From Eledone cirrhosa (Eukaryota), in assembly GCA_964016885.1 (NCBI GenBank), contig OZ024740.1:3410001-3474000 (forward strand): a stretch of DNA of 64,000 nt, given 5' to 3'. Positions 56,735-64,000 of the stretch are shown here, in pieces. Every line of letters starts with the position of its first letter. Position 1 is the stretch's first letter. The notes under the pieces were generated by a model. That model worked only from the letters and a program-made list of their open reading frames with translations. It made no database searches and had not been told where the DNA came from. Both the position numbers and the translations under genes were made by a program.

Positions 56735-59640
56735 TGTTGTCATATTGAGGAGGAGTTTGAAGGCTGAATGTGCTGTTCTGCCCCCAGGAAGCAAGGTTGC
56801 TGCAATACCGGTAGACGCAACAGCAAGTGCCAAGTGTCTGTGTTGTCGAACCTTGGCAAGGAGAAGCTGTATGACAAAAGTCTTCCCTGTGCCTCCAAGG
56901 GTGCCCAAGAAAAATATTCCTCCCGTACGATGGTGGACACTGTCAGCAATAGTGTTATATGCTCGTTCCTGTTCTTGCAGCAGCATTGGTTCATGTTCAG
57001 TGACATATGTAGCCAAGCTGTCAGTGTCGTAGGATAGTTCCCGAAGTATTTCTGCGGAAATGACGTTTTGTTGGTTTGGAGCAGACCATATGTCTGCAGT
57101 GCATTCCCACCCATTGCAGCAATCATATTTTCAATTTCAATAAGTGCTTTGTTGTAGATTTCATCTGTGAAGCCTACTTCCATGTCAGGAAGTTGTAATT
57201 GTGCTTGATGTCTGAAGTCCTCAGAGAGGTCATCTCTGTACTTGAGCCACAAGAAGGAAGGATCGGGCAATTCACAAATGTACAGTAAGACAGAAAAAAG
57301 CTTCCTAATGCTGTGTGGCACTTGTAAAACAACTGCTTCTGCCAAAGTGGCATCCCACTGAGCACCATCTTCCAGTATTCCACGCCTGAGACAGGCCTCT
57401 CTGTACGTGTCACAAATTTGGCCATCAACAGTTCTTAGGTGTTGAAAACTTACGTCATGGAGAAGCATACGCAGGTAGTAACATTCTTGGTAGATGGGGG
57501 GCACTGTGTAAACTCGCGCCAGGCAGCTGTCAAAGTTAAAATCTGGATGACCATCAACGCTTTCACTTTTGATTCTTGGCTTCAATGAATACTTTTCCCA
57601 TTTGTAGAAAGAGGGAACTTGGGGATACAACAAAGTGCGAGCGAATGCGTCGCCTTGACATAGTTGAAAGAATGCAGTAAGACTTGTGTTCCTTGGTTGT
57701 AGAGCCCTCAGAAAAGCTGCTTGTTTTGTATAGTACACTCTTTGGCCGTTTTCTAGGTGCACAGAAAGGGGTTGGACGGCAGGGTATCTTCTGTGCATTG
57801 AGAAACGGTAAATTCGCCAAAAGGCCTCGCTGGTACTTATATATCGTGCTTATTGGTACTGTACAACTTCATCCCGTTTGTTTTCTTCTTTAAGCCTGAA
57901 CATGGCGGCATCCGGGCCCTTATTTACTTGCAGACATATTTGATTGACTTGATAGAGTTGCACCATTAAAAATTTATGTGGGAGTTGAACACCGTGTGTA
58001 GTAATGGGCAGTACGGTACAATCCATCGGTTGTCAATTTCATGTTTTCCAACCAGTGCTGTTAATCCTCCGTCCTCAGGACTTCTTCGTCTGTATGATGG
58101 GTATCCATCATCAGCAGTTTGAGTTTCGCGAAGGAAGGCTTTTGGGTATTTTTTGGAGCAAATACCGTTGTACAAACACGGGGTTTAGATTTGAAACCAC
58201 GTCCACAAGGACCATGAACCATGTGCGCCGTAACCCTGTCAAATAGGGTTTTGTCAGTTTGCGGGTTTGGAAGCTCTGCGGATATAATCTTGTCGATGTC
58301 GTCTGCTCTGATTTTTGTCGACAACCAAATAAGAATGTGAGCATGGGGGAGTCCCCGCTTCTGCCATTCAATTGTGTACATGTAACATTGCACACGTCCA
58401 AATACCTGGCCCTTTGTGATAAGGTCAATTAGTTTGTATACTTTTAGCTTCTGGACGAGAGGTCATGGCGACCGCTGGGCTGTTGTCCTGGAAGGAGTTC
58501 ATGGGCAATTTCTTGCCACGAAGGATTGCATGTAAAAGTAATAAATAGGTCTGGTTTGCCGTACATACGAAATCGCGTCCTGGCTTCTTGAATGCACACA
58601 ACGGGGACTTCCTTTGAAGGTTGAAGGTAAAATGCAAACTTTTCCAATGTTATCTGGGTTTTCATTATTGTTCATTCCATCACGTAGGTGAATGTAATCG
58701 TCGCAGCGTAGTTTTATATGGTTTAATCTTATGAAGCACAGTCGTTCAGTCTCCATTTTCGCGGCCATGTCTACAGCAAATTGGTTGAATAGTTGTTGTG
58801 AACGATGAAGGTGGTTAAAGCAGTTGTCGCAGACCATGAAGTGGTAGGCATAGAATTGCATGCAAGACACTGTTTTATTGGTAGGTTGGTCAGGTGCCAG
58901 TGGGTTGAACTGCGGAATCGTGGTGTGGTATCCGTTTTCACCACGCGGAAAGAGAAGTGGATACATCAGTGCATCGTAGGATCTGTGTAGCTCCCTGATC
59001 CGTTGAAGGGTGTTGTCACAACGTTTAAGAACAACATCTCTTCTGTTGTGTTGATCACAATGGAGGACTATAGCAACTTCATTGCATGCGGGTGGATTGT
59101 AGTGACCGGCATGCTCTCAGGGTGGTCTTTCTTCAGCATTGAGAACCAAGTTTAAGTTATTTAAATGTGCATTTTCCAGGGTGTATTTGAAGCTAAGCAC
59201 ATAACTGTTGTTCGTATGTAGCATATCTTGAAGTTGAATTAACAGCTCTGGGCTGGTTTTGGGTGAAACGGCTTTCCGTCTCACTGTCTGTTCTCGGTAG
59301 TCAGCAATGAAGTAAATCTGAAGGAAGTTGTGCTCTGCATTTGCCACAGGTAAGAGTGATCCGATCCTGTGGTAAACCTGCCCCTGCACTTTTAAAGCAG
59401 GCATAAATCCACTTTCATTGACAATGTTTGATCCGAAAGAAGTCATTTGGAAGGCGCAGTTGTACTGATGAATTTCACGAAGAAATTTTCTCGACTCCGA
59501 CGTCGCGCCTGTCAGTAGGATCTTCAACGGCTGAGAGGATCCTGAAGAAGGGGCAGTTTGACTTTACCATTGGCACAGCATATTCCTTTAGCTTCCCCTG
59601 GCCATTTTTTAGCATTGCAAAGGGAGCAAATTGTAGCTCA
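56735..59640 (-). pseudogene. Helitron Rep/Helicase (Zn-finger, HUH endonuclease and PIF1-family helicase N-half), multiply frameshifted
   Basis: Collinear motifs across frames: CSLCNAKKWPGE..GICCANGKV (Zn finger, ~59,560-59,625); YNCAFQMTSFG...VQGQVYHRIGSLLP; YPLLFPRGENGYH; GKPDLFITFTCNPSW (Rep motif 1); EWQKRGLPHAHILIWL (HUH); CSKKYPK..DDGYPSYRRR..DNRWIVPY; KSIKYVCK; VHLENGQRVY; GGTGKTF (Walker A); LAVASTGIAATLLPGGRTAHSAFKL (motifs Ia/Ib). It is broken into many ORF pieces by frameshifts and stops. Confidence 0.96.
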
Positions 59641-59727
59641 ACAAAATAAGCTTAACGTTAAAGAACTATTGTAGCATAAATTAATGTGTCAGGATATACA
59701 CAGTTAAGAGATAGGCGTAAGTGAAAC

Positions 59728-59970
59728 GCCACACGCACGTACACACACACACACTCACGCACGCAAACGCTCAAATGCACACAAACTCACGCACGCACGT
59801 GGCACGTACACACACATGTTAATAGATTTAACTCTTACTGGAACGCTGCACGAACACACACACACGCGCACGCACACACACACACATGTTAATTAGTTAT
59901 AGCTTTCCTTCCCCTCTTCCACTGTCATGTATCAAACACAGCGTCTGTCGCTTTCTCTCTCTCTCTCCCG
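59728..59970. repeat. Compound microsatellites (CA)n/(CACG)n and (CT)n in the Helitron 5' non-coding region
   Basis: Directly visible ACACAC, GCAC and CTCTCT runs. Two CA-rich blocks both end in CACACATGTTAAT. Confidence 0.85.
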
Positions 59971-60208
59971 TTATCCCCCTCTTTTAGTCTGTCTGTTTCT
60001 TTCACTCTCACTCTTTCTTTTTCATTTTTATAGATATAGAGATTTTTTCTGTGCAAAGTCGTACCTATAATAAGTTTTATCGATTTTTTACCTGGACAAA
60101 GGGGAAGTCAATCATTCACAATGGCGTGCCGACCTGATCTGATAAATTTGTGGTTGATTACAAAAGAAAATTTGAAAATTGGCCTTGCGGATCAAAAGTT
60201 GCTGCGGA

Positions 60209-60284
60209 ACAGACAGACAGACACACACACACAGACAGACAGACAGAAAATTTCATTTTTATAGATATAGATATATATATATAT
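60209..60284. repeat. (CAGA)n/(CA)n subterminal microsatellite and flanking (TA)n
   Basis: acagacagacagacacacacacacagacagacagacag is followed, after the terminus motif, by atatatatatatat. Confidence 0.9.
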
Positions 60285-60517
60285 CTTATAAATTATAAAA
60301 GCGCTGAGTGATTTGAAATTCGAAAATGGAGGAATCCCAAATGCACTAAACTGTAACAACAGACAATTGCTGTAAATAATAGCTTATAAGACAGGGTAAA
60401 TACCCCTATAAAGAGAAAAGTCTATAGAAATATTTCACCTGATCTTTTAAGTTATTATTTGTTGTTACATATATTTTCTGCAGTTGGGATTCCCACATTT
60501 TCACACACACACACATA

Positions 60518-60755
60518 TGTATAGGTGTTATGATAACAAGCACCCAGCACACACTGTAAAATGCTCATGTAGGTGTCATGACACAAAGTACCCAGTTCAC
60601 ACGGTAAATGTGGTTGGCATTAGGAAGGGCATCCAACTGTAGAAACCAAGCCCAAATCAGTTCTGCATGAGCAAGACATGGTCTTAGCATTACCCACAAT
60701 GGGACAGCTTGTCTAACTGATGTTAGCATGGGAAAATGAAGGTAATGATGATGAT
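60518..60755 (+). mobile_element. Diverged SINE/RTE-related non-autonomous retroelement fragment
   Basis: It contains GGTTGGCATTAGGAAGGGCATCCA..TGTAGAAACC. It ends in AGCATGGGAAAA...(TGA)n, resembling the tail of the RTE fragment at 61,840-61,885. Family recognition is from memory and has not been searched. Confidence 0.5.
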
Positions 60756-61055
60756 ATATACATGTTTGTCATTGTGTGTGTCTACATGTTGAGACTGCTT
60801 ATAAAAAAAGTCTCATTTATTTTTGTCCCTCAGTGTGTTGGTTCAATGGGTGAAGATGAATGGATGAAGGACAATGTTGATGTTAAGAAAATGGGTTGAT
60901 GTTAAGAAAAGCTTCTGGCTATACAAAAATGCCCTCTACCCTCCAAAAAAGACCTCATTCGATCCATGTCAGCATGAAAAAGTAGATATGAAATTGACAA
61001 TGATGATGATGACATTTAGGTAGAAAGGGGTGTAAAGACCAAAGACTATACTTAC

Positions 61056-61434
61056 GGTTTCCGAAGAATCATTCTCATTATGGCATCAGGACCAATCTGA
61101 GACAGCATCTTCAAGACATCCGCTAATTCTTCCTCATAATGTTTCAGTTCCATAGTCGGGGGTGTTGGGGAGGAGTGTGGAGTGATAATACTGACAGCAG
61201 AACCACTAACACCACCACCACCAACACCACCGCCACCACTGCCACTGCCACCAACACCACCACTACCACAAGTGCCTCCAATACTGCCACCAACACCAAC
61301 ACCACCACCCCCGCCACCTCCACCACCACCGCCACCGCCACCTCCTCCTCCTCCTCCACTACTACCACTATCAGAACGAGAATCAATGAAACGGTAGAAG
61401 AGGTACTTGTCTTTGAATGGATGTTCCTGACACA
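61056..61434 (-). CDS. RAPGEF4: Internal coding exon of an Epac (RAPGEF3/4-like, cAMP-regulated Rap GEF) gene: C-terminus of the DEP domain, Gly-rich linker and helices preceding the CNB-B domain
   Basis: The translation VCQEHPFKDKYLFYRF...[29 protein letters not shown] matches Epac2 as recalled (HVDQEHHFQDKYLFYRF...[27 protein letters not shown]). There is a polypyrimidine tract plus CAG acceptor at 61,435-61,437 and a GTAAGT donor at 61,055-61,050. The 379-bp length fits a phase 1 to phase 2 exon. Confidence 0.93.
61205..61370 (-). repeat. Coding (GGN)n trinucleotide repeat encoding a poly-glycine tract
   Basis: CCA/CCT/CCG repeats on the + strand lie inside the open Epac exon. Confidence 0.9.
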
Positions 61435-61590
61435 CTGCACAGAGAAAGTAAATTGAAGAGAGAAAAAAGAAAAAAAGAGAAAATAAAAATAAATAAAACA
61501 TAAAAATCAATTAAAAAATGCAAATTTATAGCTAAATAAAAGAAAAAGAATTAATTACAAATTGACAAAAAAAAAAGGATATTTAAATAA

Positions 61591-61635
61591 TTTATTGATA
61601 TGGTATTTATTGATATGGTATTTATTGATATGGTA
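61591..61635. repeat. 15-bp unit TTTATTGATATGGTA repeated 3 times
   Basis: Three exact tandem copies are visible. Confidence 0.95.
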
Positions 61636-61885
61636 TGGACATGTGATGCACGTGGAGGATGACTGCTGGGTAAAGAAGTGCCAAGAAATCCCAGTAGAAG
61701 GAAGACACAGTAGAGGTAGACCACGTAAAACATGGGCGGAGGTGGTGAGAGCAGACCTCAGATTGCTGAAGCTCACAGAGGAGATGACGAAGGACCGTGA
61801 CAAGTGGAGAGATGCTGTGCTGAATAAGACCCATCCCACCCTTGCAAGCAGGGAAAAGCGGACGTAAAATGATGATGATGATGAT
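61626..61885 (+). mobile_element. 5'-truncated RTE-clade LINE, 3' end with (TGA)n tail
   Basis: The translation WYGHVMHVEDDCWVKKC...VEGRHSRGRPRKTWAEVVRADL...DRDKWR is the characteristic C-terminus of RTE-type ORFs (W.GHV.R...RGRP..TW...DR..WR). A short 3' UTR and an ATG/TGA microsatellite tail follow. Confidence 0.88.
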
Positions 61886-62070
61886 TGTAATATTTTATTG
61901 TCTCACCGTGGAATTCTACAATTTTTGCTGTTTTTATGTTGGACCACTGCATGGAACTTTCTCAAACCAAAAGTTAAAAAACAATGTTTTGTGGCTTGAA
62001 TCCAGAAAAGGAGGAAATGTCATGCAATCACACAAACACACTTTGTCATGGATATAGCATGGCTGAATTG

Positions 62071-62352
62071 AGAGGCGTAACTAGGGTGTGGGACCCATGG
62101 CATGTGCCACATGAAAGGGGGCGCCACTTGGACTAGGAGCACATTCTATTAAAGTTAAATAAGCGTCGTTGGAGAGTGAAAAAAGAAACTCCTTGAGATG
62201 TATGATCTGTGTCTATCATGGGTGAGAATACTATGGTGGCTAGATCATTAAACTATTTATATAAATTATTAGGTCGATAGGTAAAAATTGCACTGGACAG
62301 GGGCACAATTTCACTGCTTGCTATAGGTGTTATTTTCCCTAGTCATGCCTCT
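62071..62352. mobile_element. MITE / non-autonomous DNA transposon with 16-bp terminal inverted repeats
   Basis: The left end AGAGGCGTAACTAGGG (62,071-62,086) matches the reverse complement of the right end, AGAGGCATGACTAGGG (62,337-62,352), at 14/16 positions. No clear target-site duplication is seen. Confidence 0.65.
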
Positions 62353-62570
62353 GGATAGTTAAGGCCTTTACTTTGCAATCATTAGGTCACAGACTCAACC
62401 CCACTGCATGTTATGTTGGGCTAGTGTCATCCAACACATGCCTTATCAGTGAAATTGGCTAGAAGGGAAATTGTTTGCAACCTGTCAGATGCACTGCATT
62501 TGTAATACAAAAGGCCAGCCTTGTCATAACATACTGTGTCATGCTGAATCTTCCTGAGAAATATGGTAAT
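62353..62570 (+). mobile_element. Diverged tRNA-derived SINE-like fragment
   Basis: GTTAAG...GGTCACAGACTCAACCCCACTG...TTGGGCTAGTGTC resembles a decayed tRNA head (B-box region) plus a CORE-like TTGGGCAAGTGTC segment. It is recognised from memory only. Confidence 0.45.
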
Positions 62571-62998
62571 TTCATGAATAGGTAGTTCTGTTTCAAATGA
62601 ACAACTGGAACACTCATCGTTGAAACCAATGGAGGTCTATCCCATTTCCTGTGGCCTCTGATTGGTCAAGAGGTTGCTCTGTGATAAAACTAGGCCTCTG
62701 ATAGGTCAGGAGGTGTATGAAAACTAGGAACTTGTTGACCAATAGATTGGCTATTTATATTTTAAGCACAACAGCATTATAGATGATAACTAGTGGACCA
62801 ATACTATCAATAATGATAGCAATAACCTTGGTATGCTATATATACCAGGATTAATGGATTTATAAACAATCATATAAATTGAGAAATTTATGTTTTGATA
62901 TATTAATGGTTTGCATAAGAGAAACCCTATAGTTTATGTTGATTACTGACAGGTGGAATTGATTGAAAGTAAGAAGGATATTATAATAGTTTCTGATA

Positions 62999-63123
62999 TG
63001 TATGGAGGATGATTGTTTGGAGGAGAAGTGCCAGGCGTTCCAAGTGGAAGGAAGCTGCAGGTGAGGAAGACCAAGGAAAACCTGGGAAAAGTTGGTGAGG
63101 ACGGATCTCAGAAAGCTGAACCT
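62999..63123 (+). mobile_element. Second, shorter RTE-clade LINE fragment
   Basis: It translates as MEDDCLEEKCQAFQVEGSCR*GRPRKTWEKLVRTDLRKLNL, which aligns by eye with the 61,650-61,775 segment. Confidence 0.8.
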
Positions 63124-63381
63124 TCATTTTTTTGTGTGAGTGTATTTCTATTAGAGGAAGAAAATATACTTTGTTCTCCTTTCTGATCATCTTACTACAC
63201 AAAGGATTTATCCAAAGTACATCTGTAAGTTCCATATTGAATAATAATAATATTCGATTTGTTAGCAAACAGCCTCATTATGCTGTATTATTTAGATGAC
63301 CATCACCAACCTTTTGTTCTAGCAGTGGCAGAGAGAAACAATCAACAATAATATTGCCTCTGGGTTATTGCCCTTTGTCAA

Positions 63382-63432
63382 GTGGTGGTGGTGATAGTGG
63401 TGGTGGTGGTGGTGATAGTGGTGGTGGTGGTT
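63382..63432. repeat. (GTG)n microsatellite with GATA interruptions
   Basis: The repeat is directly visible. Confidence 0.9.
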
Positions 63433-63639
63433 GGGGCAGTGAAGATGATAATGATAACTGCAATACATTCGAGTCTCCCCTCTTTTAAAGGCAAAGTATT
63501 TGTTTTGCTTTTTCTAATGGCTGAAATCAATGTGGTTCACTCCATCTACATAAACATCCATGCCACTGATGTTGTCCAAACACAATGTCTGATACAGCTT
63601 GACACCTGTGACATCACAACTCATTTCTACAGCTCAGTA

Positions 63640-63745
63640 AACTGGAGCAACGTAAAATAAAGTATCTTGCTCAAGGACATAATGCATCGCTTGATGTGAG
63701 AATCAACTCACCCCCTCCCAATTGCAAGCCCAATGCTCTAAGTCA
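63640..63745 (-). mobile_element. tRNA/CORE-type SINE fragment
   Basis: The + strand reads AAGTATCTTGCTCAAGGACATAATGCA...GAGAATCAACTC...TGCTCTAA, which is the reverse complement of a decayed A/B-box head followed by the CORE-like TGTCCTTGAGCAAGA motif. Confidence 0.55.
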
Positions 63746-64000
63746 TGTTCCTTTACAGGACATAGGTCTACTGAATCAGGATTAACTTATTTCATGTATA
63801 CCTATTACTTTGAACCCTTTCATCACCATATTTCTAATAAATGTTATTCCCTATTATTTTCAATTAATTTTGAGATTTTGAGGGATTTAATAGAATAACT
63901 TTTATTTTATTTAGATAAAATTTGAAACAACTTATCAAAGAAGTTCTTATATGAAATCAAACCGGAAGGTTTTAGATAGATATAATCCATTTTATAGTTT

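Larger units (their letters stand above)
56735..60271 (-). mobile_element. Helitron (rolling-circle transposon), decayed. The 5' end is present and the 3' part is replaced or interrupted by the satellite.
   Basis: The minus strand starts A|TCTATATCTATAAAAATGAAA followed by (TCTG)n/(TG)n, the layout typical of animal Helitron 5' termini. Rep and PIF1 helicase coding remnants follow in the same orientation. No hairpin+CTRR 3' terminus is visible before the satellite. Confidence 0.88.

Noticed and set aside
56663-57016. Helicase-satellite fusion protein
   Set aside because: The read-through ends at a stop about 25 codons into the array, and the upstream Helitron ORF is multiply frameshifted.
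56697-59649. Plus-strand and alternative-frame ORFs over the Helitron
   Set aside because: They are antisense or off-frame shadows of the Rep/Helicase remnants and show no recognisable motifs.
61139-61456. Poly-Pro (formin-like), poly-Thr and poly-Val ORFs
   Set aside because: These are alternative frames of the GGN repeat. Only the poly-Gly frame is flanked by Epac motifs and canonical splice sites.
61435-61510. Hydrophobic N-terminus (MIFMFYLFLFSLFFF) of the 152-aa ORF as a signal peptide
   Set aside because: It is the translated polypyrimidine tract of the intron upstream of the AG acceptor.
61842-63660. Short ORFs at 61842, 62981 and 63382
   Set aside because: They derive from (ATG)n or (GTG)n microsatellites or from the antisense of the RTE fragment. 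No further Epac exon is recognisable here.

Overview
This is eukaryotic (metazoan) DNA. The repeat content suggests a mollusc or cephalopod, which is an inference. Bases 1 to ~56,735 are one uninterrupted head-to-tail satellite of a 21-bp monomer (consensus CTAAATAAACTATCACTGGTR, ~2,700 copies) with nested higher-order repeats. Nearly all ORFs in the track before 56.7 kb are artefacts of this 21-bp (7-codon) unit. The array runs without a spacer into the PIF1-helicase part of a decayed minus-strand Helitron Rep/Helicase gene (~56,735-59,640). The Helitron-type 5' terminus lies at ~60,271, with a second copy at ~60,040. A minus-strand exon at 61,056-61,434 belongs to an Epac/RAPGEF4-like gene. 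It covers the end of the DEP domain and the start of the cAMP-binding region and carries a long poly-Gly insertion. The Helitron and the whole satellite therefore appear to lie in one >61-kb intron. The remainder holds RTE-type LINE 3' fragments, SINE-like fragments, a MITE and microsatellites. The best lead is the satellite/Helitron junction, where the last 21-mer reads both as a diverged monomer and as plausible in-frame helicase sequence. This hints that the satellite was seeded inside the rolling-circle element.
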